Origin: the human T2T-CHM13v2.0 reference genome, Homo sapiens
Assembly (NCBI RefSeq): GCF_009914755.1
Contig: NC_060936.1
DNA length: 64,000 nt
Reading direction: 5' to 3' (one strand)
Below the pieces are notes generated by a model that saw only the letters and a list, made by a program, of their open reading frames with translations, was not told where the DNA came from and did no database searches. Shown here piece by piece: positions 14,160 to 26,370 of this stretch; the first letter of the stretch is position 1; each line of letters begins with the position of its first letter. Both the position numbers and the translations under genes were made by a program.

Positions 14160-14225
14160 TCAAAGGCTTTGGTGAAGAGTCAAATTGTTTCTCAGGAGTG
14201 TATGAAGTACTCAGCACAATAGCAC

Positions 14226-14627
14226 CATATTAGGCCGTTCTTTGCGTTGCTCTAAAGAAGTAGCTGAGACTAGGTAATTTTTAAAGAAAAGAGGTTTAAT
14301 TGTCCCATGGTTCTGCAGGCTCTACTAGGATGGCTCCAGCACCTGCTTCTGGCGTGACCTCAGAAAGCTTACAACCATGGCGGAAGACAAGGTGGGAGCA
14401 GGTCACCTGATGAGAGGAGAAGCAAGAAAGAGGGTAGAGAGGTGTCACACACTTTTAAAGTGCCAGATCTCGCCAGAGCTCACTCACTATCATGAGGAGA
14501 TGGCACCAAGCCATTCACGAGCTATCTGCCCCCATGACCCAAAGACCTCCCACCAGGCCCCACCTCAAACATTGGACATTACTCTTTGACATGAAATTTG
14601 GAGGAGATAAGCATCCACATCGTATCA
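14226..14627 (-). mobile_element. MSTB-like solo LTR
   Basis: Antisense MST LTR ending ..cgtatca; perfect TSD AGCAC (14221-14225 / 14628-14632). Confidence 0.88.
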
Positions 14628-14959
14628 AGCACTTAGATCTTTATAGCTGGAAATCCACGAGGCTATGGCCTATGTGTGGGAGTGTGGGTTGTGGGGTGGG
14701 CAATTAGGCAATGGAAATGTGGTGGGACAGGGGAGACAGGGAGAGGGAGATGGAGAGGGAGAGGGAAGGAAGCCAGGCTCTGCTGAGATGCTATGGGCAG
14801 GAGTAGCTCCCGATGTTGGAGCTCAGCTTGGAAGGCCTCTAGGGCTGCTCTGTTTACTATGCTGAGCTGCTGTGAATTCTCCTAACATCTGCAAAATTTC
14901 ACCATATGACACTCCTATCTCCTTGATCCCACTCATACAGAACCATTTATTTCATAGTC

Positions 14960-15200
14960 TTTTTCACTAAGCACAGAGATACCCTTTGATGTTTGTTAAC
15001 ACTGCCATGTTTCAAAAGAGGAAACTGAAATACAGGAGAGCAATGCACTTGCCTCAAGGCCTCTCATCCATTGGCAGGTTCAGCCCACACCTTTACTGAA
15101 CATCTACAAAGAGTCAGGCCGTAAGGACTGGTAGGTTGTGCGATGGGTCTTGAACCCAGGTCTGTACAACTTCAAAGGCTTTCCGCTATAGCAAGGCAGC
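14960..15200 (-). mobile_element. MIR (fragmented)
   Basis: gaggaaactga..cacttgcctcaagg..tgaacccaggtctg. Confidence 0.55.
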
Positions 15201-15485
15201 ATACAGCAGAGATCTAACTGGCAAAGGAGTGGTTAATAACACAAAGAAAGAGAGAGAAGAGGAAATGAGAGGGAAGAAGAGAAAAAAGGAGAGATGAAAG
15301 AAATGAGCAGTTGAGAGGTTGCAGATTGGTGGCATTCATGTCGAATATGGCTGCTGGGGTTTTTGGAGATAAAGAAACAAAGGTCCTTTCTTACTCTCCC
15401 AGTTGGAACCAGTGTAGAGACAGATGTGGGAATCAGACAGGTGGAGATTAAAATGTCACATCTTAAGAAGGGAAAGTGAAAACAA

Positions 15486-15917
15486 TTCTATTGATTTGAA
15501 TAGCCCCTAAATCATATCTGCTAGAACCTCAGAATGTGACCTTATTTGGAAATAGGGTCTTTGCAGATGTAATCAGTTAAGACAAGGTCATTCTGGATTA
15601 GGGTGGGCCCTAATGCAATGACTAGTGTTTTTATAAGAAGGGAAGACAGACACAGAGACACACAGAGAGAACACCTGGTTAAGACAGAGACTGGAGTGAT
15701 GCAGCTGCAAGCTTAGGGATGTCAAGGATTGCCAGAGTCACTGGAAGCTGGAGTTGATGAGGAAGGATCTTCCCCAGCGCCTTCAGAGGGAGCATGAGCC
15801 TGCTGGGACCTCAATTTTGGACTTTTAGGCTCCAGAACTGTGGGAGAATAAATTTCTGTTGTTTTAAGCCACCCATTTTGTGGTGCTTTGTTACAGTAGC
15901 CACAGAAGAGTAATGCA
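15486..15917 (+). mobile_element. MLT1C-like solo LTR
   Basis: acctcagaatgtgaccttatttggaaatagggtctttgcagatgtaat..aataaatttctgttgttttaagccaccc..taatgca. Confidence 0.88.
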
Positions 15918-16164
15918 CCAGCCAGGCAGTTTGGAGAACATGGTTTTCTGTTTGCAAGGAAGTGGGTTTGTGGGTGCCTCATCCCTAAATAGACAGACTT
16001 TCCCTTCCAGGGAAGCAGGGACCATGCACCCTCCATGGGCAGGCTGCCTCTCTAGGAGGAAGGAGATAAGTTGAGGATGCCCAGTTCTTTCTCCAAAACT
16101 CACCAATCTGAGGCAAAAGATGAGAAGTGGGGGTAGTCTAGCTAAAGTTCCTCCCATGGGAAGC

Positions 16165-16688
16165 ATGGGGAGTGGGAAATAAGAGTTCCTGTCTAACGGT
16201 GGGCTGTAGATGCCTATTTTTTAACTTGCACTATATATATATTATATATATATATATAACATATATTTATATAATTTATGTTTACATATTATATAAGTAT
16301 ATATGTTATATAATATATTATATATGTTATATATTATATATAACATATATAATATATGTTTATATAATACGTAAACAAATTATATAAATATAAATAAATA
16401 CATATAATAGATATAAGTATATATACTTATACATCAGTATTGAATCAGTAGTCAACACCCAAAAGTTGGAAGATTCTATATAAAATCCAGATTTCAAGGT
16501 TCTCCTGTGGAAAAATCTGGCCACGCTGGGCTCACATTCCCACAGGGCAGCCTGGTTGTTGCTGCAAAGAGGCTGCCTTCTGCAGATGGGGCCCAAGCTC
16601 TCCAGGTTGCTGTTCTCCTACCCCTTTCTACCTCCTGCCACCCCCTACCATCTACCCTGGTCTGCATCACTCATGTCTATGTCCCCTG
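16165..16688. mobile_element. MER102-like hAT-Charlie relic
   Basis: agattctatataaaatccagatttc..tctggccacgctgggctcacattcccac..gcagatggggc..ctctccag. Confidence 0.55.
16232..16432. repeat. Degenerate (TA)n AT-rich repeat
   Basis: Directly visible. Confidence 0.92.
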
Positions 16689-16717
16689 GTGTCTTTAGAT
16701 ATTTTGGTTTGGGGCTT

Positions 16718-16965
16718 ACAGAGTAGAGGTTAAGAGCACAGACTCTGGAATCAGCCAAGCCTTCTGTTCAAATCTGATCTATGTCACTTCCTAAATGTGT
16801 GGCCTTGGGCAACTTAGCTAAACTCCTTGAGACTCAGTTTCCTCATTTGGAAAATGAGAATAGTAATTGAACTACCTTATGGGGCTGTTGCAAGAATTAA
16901 ATAATGTAATCATGTGAGTCTTTTTGTATATGTGCAAGATACATAATTGATGGGAATTACTGTTA
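16718..16965 (+). mobile_element. MIR
   Basis: ggttaagagcacagactctggaatcag..tgtgtggccttgggcaac..ctcagtttcctcat. Confidence 0.8.
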
Positions 16966-17744
16966 CTCTTTGAAAAGCAAAACTGGGCAATGTGAGAGGA
17001 AGCCTGGAAGAGAACTAGAGCCTCTGGCCTGATGTACACTTTGTCTGGTTTTAGCACTGCCCTTGGTCTCATCGGTTTTCAGAAAAATATTTTCATAAGC
17101 TCAGTTCCAAGGAGTCCCCTTTCTGTAGCAAGGAGTCCAATAGCAGTTTTGGGAATTAGGGGTTCAATTAGAGCAGTTTTCCCTCTTCCCCACATTTTGA
17201 TTCTCTTCTGGAAGGAGGTTGCAGTGAGGCAGGAAACGCTGGATTCCATCCAAATACTTTGATGTCTGGCTTTTAAAATAGCAGCGATCTTAGCTGGCTT
17301 CACAGACTTCCTAGTGGCCCTCAACGGACAGCTTCTGCTTTGACTGATCACTTCTCCTGGGAGGCCCAGAATGATGAAAGATGCAGAAGTAACCAATTTA
17401 CTTCAAATAGCCTACTTCCAGGTAGAGGTGAGAAACCAGATGGAATTGGGAAGGAGGCAGGCTGACAGTAAGAAAAGCTTTTTTATGAAGAACATATACA
17501 TTTCTCACTAGGAGAAAGAATGTCCAGTTAGAAGGCCATCAGCCCTTAAAATAGTTGCAAGCTACAAAACCCAACTCAATCCAGTCCTTTCAAAACGGTA
17601 AATTTTCTGGAAGGACGCAGGAGTATTCTGTAGAACCTAAGGACAGCGAGGCCTCCCTAGGGACAAAAATCAGGACCTGGAAAGCATACAAGGTGCAAGG
17701 CATCAAGTCTTGGTACAATAGTCCATTGCCGACACAACAGATGG

Positions 17745-18402
17745 CTACCTGATTGTTCAAACACCGTGTATTAAGTAATCAATTTTTTCTCACCTCGTTT
17801 GAAATGCCACATTTATAAGATTTTATTTTTGTGTGTGTGTATTCGGGTCAATTTCTGGTAGGATTTTATCCATTCTGCCGTTTGTGGTTGTTATGGGTTG
17901 AAATATGTCCCCCAAAAGACATATGTTAAAGTCTTGACCCCCAATACTGCAGTAACTGAACTTATTTGAAAATAGGGTCTCTCTAGAGGTAATCAAATTA
18001 AAGTAAGGTCATTAGGTGGGCTCTAATCCAATATGGCTGGCGTCCTTATAAAAACGGGAAATTTGGACACAGAGACAGACATGCACAGAGGGAAGACAGC
18101 CATATAAAGCCGAGGACTGGGGTGATTCCTGTATAAACCTGGGGACACCGAAGATTGCTGGCCAACCACCAAAAGCTAGAAAGGGGCAAAAAAGGATCCT
18201 TTCCCTAAAGGCTTCACAGGGCACATGACCCTACCAACACCTTGCTTTCATACTTCTAGCTTCCAGGGCTGTGAGACAATACATTTCTCCCAGTTTGTGG
18301 TACTCTAGTAGGGGAGCTCTAGCAAACTAATACAATGCTCCAGTACCAAACTGTTTAATTATAGATTTGTGATATTTCAAAACACCTGGTCATGCCAATC
18401 TC
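17745..18402 (-). mobile_element. Ancient L1 ORF2 fragment split by an MLT1 LTR
   Basis: tttgaaatgccacatttat.. before the LTR and ccagtaccaaactgttt.. after it. Confidence 0.55.
17889..18334 (+). mobile_element. MLT1C/B-like solo LTR
   Basis: TGTTATGGGTTGAA..CTAGCAAACTAATACA. Confidence 0.88.
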
Positions 18403-18486
18403 AGGGAGGATATTTTTAAGATGAAAAAGATTAGATTCAATGGAAATGCTGAAGATTAGAATCTAAAACATCATTTTTAACATTGA

Positions 18487-18766
18487 TTTTTTTTGAGACT
18501 CAGTCTCGCTCTGTCACCCAGACTGGAGTGCAGTGTGCCATCACAGCTCACTGCACCCTTCACCTCCCAGGCTCAAGTGATCCTCCCACCTCAACCTCCA
18601 AGTAGCTGGGACTACAGGTACACACCACTATGTCTGGCTAATTTTTTGTTTGTAGAGACAAGATCTCACCATTTGGCCTAGGCTGGTCTTGAACTCCTGG
18701 GCTCAAGCAAGCCACCTTGGTCTTCCAAAGAGTTGGGATTATAGGCACGAGCCACCCTACCTGGCC
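18487..18766 (-). mobile_element. AluJ
   Basis: Antisense dimer with J diagnostics. Confidence 0.92.
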
Positions 18767-18789
18767 TAATTTTTAATTATTTAGAACAC

Positions 18790-18865
18790 TAATCAAAATA
18801 TATTCTTAAAATGGGTATATTTTATTGCATTTTAATTATACCTCAATAAAGTTGATTAAAAAGAC
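18790..18865 (+). mobile_element. Old L1 3' terminus
   Basis: cttaaaatgggtatattttattg..aattatacctcaataaagttgatt. Confidence 0.6.
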
Positions 18866-19689
18866 AATAGAAACAACAGATTCAAATGTATTATATACCA
18901 AAATGTAGCAAATGGAAACCACTACCAGTTGGTACTTTATTGTATGTTGCATGGTTTATGTAAACTTTGGACTAGAGCTCTGCATATATTTAAAATTCTG
19001 GTGGAAGTCTCATTAACTTATGCAGGTGGGCTGTTACACTAATATTTCAAACAATTTAGGCTAGCACTCATATACTTGTCTAAAACTGTGCAAGTGAATA
19101 CATTCTTATATTTGCAGGCCATTCTCAAGCACAACCTGGGTGAGGCTCTGTCATTGCTTAATGGATCAGCTGTATAGTAACAGCAGAAGATAAAACATGG
19201 TGAGTTGTGACAATGTAATGTCACAGACAATTTTCCTATTTAAGGTTGTTGTTACAGTTCTGACTTTGGTAAGCAGAATGGTTTCAATAGAGCAATGTGG
19301 GGCTTACTATATTACCATGCCTACAGGAGCAGTTAAAGCTTCATGAAAGTAATTGAAAGACTAAATTTTGGGCTCAACATTTAAAACAAAATCAATTAGA
19401 TGGTTTAGAAGTATTTTATGAATATCCAACAGAGACAGAAATGGAGGTTTCTAATAATTAAAAGTGTTGCTGGATGTGTCAAGATATACTTGAAAAGTGT
19501 TTTTTAAAATTTAAATTGGCTGCCAACCTTGTTCATCAAATTCCCCTAAGGCAACACAATAATTTAGGAATGGAAGCAATTGTTAGCGATTCATTATTAG
19601 ACCAAAAATTCTTACTGTTTTCTGACCTCTGGATCCTTTCTTTTATACCAGACTGAAAGATGAGCTATTCAAACTTTCATGTGTGCAAT

Positions 19690-19966
19690 AACTTATGTAA
19701 ATTAAGTGATTTGAAAAAAAGACATTTTAAAAAGCTTGGCCTAATGGGCATATACAGATTTCTGCATTTAGCAATGAGAGAATGTGTGTTCTTTTCAAGC
19801 ACACATTGGGTATTTACATTAAAAAAAAAATCTTGTACTAGGCCATAAGCAAGTCTCAACAGATTGCAAGGAAATCTCTGACAACATAATGTTATGAAGT
19901 TAGAAATTACTAACAAAATGGGAAATAAAAAACTTTATATATCTGGAAATTTAAAAGTATACTCCT
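19690..19966 (+). mobile_element. Ancient L1 ORF2 endonuclease-region fragment
   Basis: cctaatgggcatatacaga..ttcttttcaagcacacattgg..taggccataagcaagtctcaac..tagaaat. Confidence 0.7.
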
Positions 19967-19969
19967 GAA

Positions 19970-20525
19970 GGTAATGAAGTAGCTCAAATTAGACTACTTA
20001 TCTTCCAAGAACAACTAGAAAACCTGTAAAGACATAAGAAACCTTTATCTTTATATAAACTTCTCTCATATAGAGAGAACTTCAGAGGCCGCCAAGACTT
20101 GAGGGGCCAAAATCCTAGAGAAGAGGGAATCACAGAGGTTAGTTGACATTCTATAGCCACTTTCCCCCTCGAGGCATTTGCCCACTATGGGTATGGGGTG
20201 AGAACTGAGGCAAAGGGTCTGGACAGAAGGGCTACTAATAAGAGGCAGAATTTTTGGCTGTCCTGCAGGGCTAGAAAGACACAATGTAGAGGTTGAGGGG
20301 CCAAGGTCCCGGGGAGAAGGGAGAAGCAGTGAACTGATCCCATACAAGATCAATTTCCCTCTCAAGATATTTGCTGATTTCTGAAATGGCTTAAGACAGG
20401 AGGCAAGCAGAAAGTCTCTGAAATACGGAGTGTATATTGTTTGGCAATCTTGTGATGTTGAAGAAGCAAGGACTGTAGTTAAGAATGTTTGTGGGGTGGC
20501 AGGAGAGGAGCTCTGAAAAAACCCC
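19970..20525 (+). mobile_element. Probable ancient L1 5'-end sequence
   Basis: Two copies of ttgaggggccaa..tttccc(c/t)ctc..atttgc about 194 bp apart; family assignment from memory only. Confidence 0.4.
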
Positions 20526-21047
20526 CAAGTTCTCTATTGCAATTTCTGGACCTTATTGCAATTAGTGTCCCTGCTGAACTGCATTTTTATCCTTTCCTGT
20601 TAGGATTCTCTGAGCTCTGTGGTAACTCCACACCTGCATTTCTCAGGATCCAGCCTTGGATAGGAAATGCCCCAAACTGAGCCAAGGCTGCCTTGGCCTT
20701 GGCAAGAAGTTAAAGCTCGCCAACCTCATGTTTTCCTTAACTCAACAGTCTTCATTCCAGTTGTAGTAATCTAATTAGCAGCACATGGAACTGTCCCCCT
20801 TATTCCACCTCATGTGTCCTATCAGGAGGTACAAAGGTAGTGTAATAAATAAAATCGGCATTCTAATAATACCTAGCGTATCATTTATGTTACCTTTCCC
20901 CTCTTAGAAGTACCATGCGTGCTCTTTGACTGATGTTACTAGCCTAAAAAATCATTACTTTCCCTGGCTGAATTGCCATTTGCAATCATGCCATAATTTA
21001 GTAATTAAAATCTATTTGTAAGCTAACCTCTTTTCTATTTGGCTCTC

Positions 21048-21552
21048 TGTGATAGCTAGCAAATGGTCCCAATGATCCTTGCCTCCTGATATGCATCTCT
21101 TGTGTCAGTGACAACATCAATTGGGGCTGATTTGTGCAAACAGTAGAATATTGTAGAAATGACAGTGAGTTACTCTGGAGGCAAGGTCAGAAAAGACACT
21201 GTGGCTCCACCTTGCTCTCTCTTTGAGCATTTTCTCTGGGGAAAGTAGTTGCTATGTTGTGAAGATATTCAAGTAGCTTATTGAGGAGGAACTGAGACCT
21301 CCTGAAAACAACGAACGACATGTGCATGAGCCTCCAGAAGCAGACCCATCAGTTCCAGTCAAGCCTTCAGATAAAGGCATCCTTGGCCAACATCTTCACT
21401 GCAACTTCATGAGAGAATGAGCTAGAACTACTCAGCTAAGGTGCTCCAGAATTCTGGACACATAGAAATTGTGTGAGATAATAAATATTTGTTGTTTTAA
21501 GCTGCTGAACTTTGGGTTAATTTGTTATGATGCAATGAATATTATTAATACA
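21048..21552 (+). mobile_element. MLT1F-like solo LTR
   Basis: cccaatgatccttgcctcctg..ccagtcaagccttcagat..taataca; TSD CTCTC/CTGTC. Confidence 0.85.
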
Positions 21553-21834
21553 CTGTCTTATTTTCTTGTTTGAATTCCTGAGTTCTTTCTCCCTTTTTCA
21601 TTCATATGGGTATCAATGCAATTGAGTTCTTTCCATGGTGCACATTTCTGTGCATTTGTTGAGCACTTTTCTTCCTTTTTTTTTTTTTTTGCCACTGGCT
21701 ATTTCAAAGAAGGATTCAGTGTTTGAAAGATCCTTCTTTAATACTGGTTCATTCTTTTCCCAGGATGCAGCCTAAGGAGTTTAATTTGCAGTGTTAAACA
21801 TGGCCTTGGAGTCTGTCCCTTTGGAGAGCATACC

Positions 21835-22223
21835 TGATATGGTTTGGCTGTGTCCCCACCAAATCTCATCTTGAATTGTAGTTCCCATCATCTCCACATG
21901 TCGTGGGAGGGACCTGGTGGGAGGTAATTGAATCATGGGGGCAGTTACCCCCATGCTGCTGTTCTTGTGATAGTGAATGTGTTCTCAGGAGATCTGATGG
22001 TTTCATAAGTGGCTTTCCCCACTTTGCTGGGCTGTCATTCTTCTCCTTCCTGCTGCCATGTGTAGAAGGACATGTTTGCTTCCCCTTCCACCATGATTGT
22101 AAGTTTTCTCAGGCCTCCCCAGCCATGCTGAACTGTGAGTCAATTAAACCTCTTTCCTTTATAAATTACTCAGTCTCAGGCAAGTCTTTATCTTTATTAG
22201 CAGCATGAGAACAGACTAATACA
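21835..22223 (+). mobile_element. THE1C/D-like solo LTR
   Basis: TGATATGGTTTGGCTGTGTCCCCACC..GACTAATACA; perfect TSD ATACC (21830-21834 / 22224-22228). Confidence 0.93.
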
Positions 22224-22682
22224 ATACCTGAAGGGGTTTCAGGTGCTGATCTTGCTCAATCATTTGTGAAAGCCACACAATGGAAGCAGTTTATTTTGGT
22301 TTAGAGATCAAGGTTGTATTTTTGCTAATTGGTGAGAGGAGTAGTGGGGAGGCTTTGGCTGTCAGAAGTAGATTCTTTTTTGCTGATCCATGGAAAGTGA
22401 CTTTCCTTTCCTGGCCAGAGCCTTTCAGATGGCTTTTTAAATGGTGTGTTTTCAACTAAGGATGTGCGGTTGAGAGTCAAGATGTTGGAGAGGGCTTTTG
22501 GCAGACCTGCAGGCACTCTGATAAACTGTCTTTCCTCCAGAATTTTCAGCAGCACTCTGTTGAGTTCATTTCATGAATAACAAGAAATGTTTGCCTAAGT
22601 TATTCACTTTTGATGGTTGGGAATATTATGTTCATTAGGATCAACATGTTTATTCCACCCCAGCCTCAACATCTGAACTTTC

Positions 22683-22961
22683 TTTTTTTTTTGAGAGTCT
22701 CGCTCTGTTGCCCAGGCTAGAGTGCAGTGGCACAATCATGGCTCACTATCAGCTCAGGTGATTCTCCCACCTCAGCCTCCTGAGTAGCTGGGACTACAGG
22801 TGGGTGCCACCAGGTTTGGCTAATTTTTTGTATTTTTTTTTTGTAGAGAAGGTGTTTCATTATGTTGCCTAGGCTGGCCTCGAACTCCTGAGCTCAAGAG
22901 ATCTGCCCACCTCAGCCTCCCAAAGAGCTGGGATTACAGGCATGAGCCACCATGCTTGGCC
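22683..22961 (-). mobile_element. AluJ
   Basis: Antisense dimer with a small right-arm deletion. Confidence 0.9.
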
Positions 22962-23119
22962 TGGACATCTTTTATGTGAAGAGAGGGTAGGTTCTAATCT
23001 CCAGCTGATCTTTATGCTCTTGATGTTTTGGGGCTGTGATAGGCTTGATGGCTTCCTGTGCTGAAATGCTCTTGCATCATCCATTGAAAATGAGAGCTGC
23101 TTTTCACTTAGGGTGACCT

Positions 23120-23345
23120 GGGGTCAGGCACTATGCTAACTGATGTACCTGCATTATCACATGCAGCCCTCTGTACACCTGTGTAGTAAACACCACTACT
23201 GTCATTTTGTAGGTCGTGAAGCTGAGGCTGTGACAGGTGAAGTGATTTGTCTGAGGTCATGTAGTTGGTCAGCGAATGGACAGAGAACTGACCTCAGGCT
23301 GGTGGATTCCAAAGCTAGTACTTTGAACCACAGCATGACGAGGCC
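23120..23345 (-). mobile_element. MIR
   Basis: caggcactatgctaa..gaagctgaggct..tgatttgtctgaggtca..ccaaagc..ttgaaccac. Confidence 0.7.
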
Positions 23346-23701
23346 ACCCCTACTTGGCCATAACCTTTTTGCTGGGACAGGAGGTGGAATACCAAAAGCA
23401 ACAGAACAGAGTCCACCTGCTAACTCGAGGTGCTGAACACCAGCGTCAGTCCTCCTGGCAAGACTCTCGCCCTCCACACCCATTCATAAAGCCGAGTGTG
23501 GGTGTGTGACATCAATGTGACATCCTGTGAGACACCTGTGTTTCACTGGCTACAGAATCATCCTCCATTCAGTTCCACTTGTAATTAGCTCAAGAAACAA
23601 AATTGTGAAAAGGCACAGGGAACATATGTCAGCCCATTTCCTCTTTCCCTTGGCTGGAAAATGGTGATTCTGGCTGAACGACATCTTAAAAATATTTATA
23701 A

Positions 23702-23966
23702 CCATAGAATGTGAGTGCTACAAAGGCCTTTAGCGCAAACCCCATTTTGTAGATGAAGAAAACTGAGGCCCAGAGAAGGGAAATATCTGCGTGTTATCAG
23801 AAGACACTGCAGTGTAGTAGTGACAGCTAATTTGATCAAAATCCCAGTTCTTTTACTTACTGGCTGCATGACCTTGAGCAAGTCACAGAATGTCTCTAAC
23901 TCTCAATTTCCTCATCTGTAAAATGGGAATGATAATATGACTTGGTGCAAAAGTAATTGCGGTTTT

Positions 23967-24012
<46 letters not shown>

Positions 24013-24290
24013 GCAAAAACTTCAATGCCAAAACCACATTATTAGGTTGGTGAAAAAAAAAAATTAGCTCATGCTGAAATGAGCTAAGACTTTAGGGGAC
24101 GGTTGGAAAGGCATGATTCTACTGCCTTTCCAGTGTGCAAAATTACTTTTGCACCAATCTAATAATACCTGCCTCACTGCGGAATCATGGAGATTGCATG
24201 AGCTTATGTGTGTGTGTATGTGTGTGGCTCTCAGCCCCGTACTCGGCACTGGAGAAGTGCTCAGCCAGTATTAGCTCAGGTGCTTCCTAC
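23702..24290. mobile_element. MIR3 (-) fragment followed by MIR (+) that hosts the MADE1
   Basis: cccattttgtagatgaagaaaactgaggcccagaga; tgaccttgagcaagtcac..cctcatctgtaaaatgggaatgataata | taatacctgcctca. Confidence 0.7.
23938..24162. mobile_element. MADE1 (Hsmar1-derived MITE), internally rearranged
   Basis: Left arm TTGGTGCAAAAGTAATTGCGGTTTTTGCC; right arm AATTACTTTTGCACCAATCTAA; flanked by TA (23936-23937 / 24163-24164). Confidence 0.88.
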
Positions 24291-24577
24291 TAATCCTCCT
24301 TCATTCCCTCTTCCATTCCACAGCCTTGCCTTGGAGTGAGGCAGCCATGACACCTAAGGAAACTGCGGTAGAAAGCTCATGTTCCCCTCTTCACAATCCC
24401 CACATTCCAGAATCTGGGGACCTGGGAATTGCCCCCATTTTGTTTTTAAGGTTTCCATAGAAGCCAGGGTCACACATGCTGCTTCACCTTTGAGGACACC
24501 TTTGGTTCTTCTACTTATCTAACTAAACATGCCATCATAATCACATGAATATTTATATAATTAAATTTATTATAAAG

Positions 24578-24803
24578 AATAATAATGGGCATACATGGAG
24601 TGTGTTCAATATGCCACTGTGCATGAGTCTTCCTAGCAACCTTCTGAAGCAGGTTCTGTTTTTATCACCCCCATTATTCAGATGAAGAAACGGAGACACT
24701 GAGAGGCAAAGTTAACTTGCCCAAGGTCGCTGGCTGCTAAGCGGCAGTGTCTAGATACGGGCCTGGAGCTATATGATTTTGGAGTTACAGTGCTTCACTC
24801 TGT
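24578..24803 (-). mobile_element. MIR
   Basis: cagatgaagaaacggagac..aacttgcccaaggtcgc. Confidence 0.75.
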
Positions 24804-25799
24804 CAACTCAAATAGCACGCCTTTACTGTAAGCTCTTGCCCTATTTAAAGAGGATCATTCTCTTTTTCTTTTTTCTTCTAAAATCCATGTTGACTTTACA
24901 AGTTTTATGGGCAATTATATTGTTTCCCAGTTGTTGATTCTTGGGTGTGGGTGTGGGGCTGGTGGTTTCTCTTTAGATGAAATGGGAGATGACTGAGGCC
25001 TACTAGTTAGCTTCAGATATTTGACAACTGGAATTCTTTGCTGCATTCTTTCTTTACTTTGAACAACTTTGGTCTCAGATGGAATAATTTATAGGTTTTT
25101 TAATGGTTTTTTTTTTTTGGAAAATTTGAGGGTTGGAGGTGATGGGTGGAAAAACAGGCAGGGCAAAGGAGAAGGTCTTGAGTTTTGAGTCTGGCCTCAT
25201 TTAGAAGACTCTTTTTGCACTGTCCTTAACATTTTGGCTTTCAAGTTTTCTCTTGTTCGTGGTTTTGCCCTGTCTCTGTTTATTTTGTGACTCCTGGCTA
25301 AGGGGGTGTTTTCTCAAAAGGGAATTATCCACATTGAATCTTGTTCTGGCCACGTGTTGACCACCTTCTCTGTCAAGGCCTTCTTTGTGCAGAGGGGCTG
25401 AGTGTTTATTCTGGTTAACATGGATGCCGTATAAAAGTGATCATTAGGTGGGACAGGGGCAGAATGAGCTTCATTAGAATAACCAGACATTTGAGATGTA
25501 ATCCCCATGACAAGATGTTTGTCCTGGCACCAGAACCACTTCATCAGAGGTTTAGGATATAGGATTCTAATGTGGGCGACTGAAGCACATCACGGTTCCT
25601 GTTGTTTTAGTCAGAGCTAAGGAAACAAAACTCAAGGTGGCCTAAATGAGGGGGGTCATTTGAAGGCGAAAGCAGATTATCATCACACTGGAACACAAAG
25701 AAGCTTGGGCCTCGCAGGAACCGGAGTTGGACTTTAGGGGCGCAAGTCGTGCTCTCTGGTTCTTGGTCAGTGCAGGGGTTCTCTTTTCCTCCCATTTCT

Positions 25800-26370
25800 C
25801 GGTAGCTGCATGATCTTCTCTGAGCCTCAGCTTTTTCATTTGTATAATGGAGCAGTTGCAGAGTGATTAAGAGTATAGACCCAGAAACGGAAGGTCAATG
25901 TTCATTCTTGTCATCGCCACTTCCTAAACTTTTGGCAAATCACTCAGTTTGTGCCTCAGTTTCTTCATTGGTGAAATGAACATTGCCAGACTCTGGGGGT
26001 GTTGTGAGGTTTCAGTGGATTAACAGCTCTCAAGTACTTAGCACAGCGCCTGGTGTTCGGCAATGTTCAAGCCAGATTAGCATTGTCTGTCTCTTGTGAC
26101 TGGCTTCCTTTGCTCTCACAAGGCTGAAAATAGCCATAGCCAAGAGTAGTATTAACACTACTAGTAATAATAATAATAGCTAATAGTTATTGAACTTTTG
26201 CTATATAAGCATTTTATAAACACTTTCATTTTATCCTCATAAAAATCACTTCGGAATAGTTACCTTTATTATCTCCACATTACAGATAAGGAAACAGGTT
26301 CAAGGAGACCAAGGAACTCACTTAAAGTTACACAGGCAAATGAGACCCAGACCCATTTCGTGTGACTCAC
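25800..26370. mobile_element. Cluster of MIRs (+ to about 26085, - from about 26160)
   Basis: tctgagcctcagc..; gtgcctcagtttcttcat..; acattacagataaggaaac. Confidence 0.7.

Noticed and set aside
25351-25437. E-box, FOX-like site and TATAAAAG as a core promoter
   Set aside because: Short motifs expected by chance; no CpG island or downstream exon support
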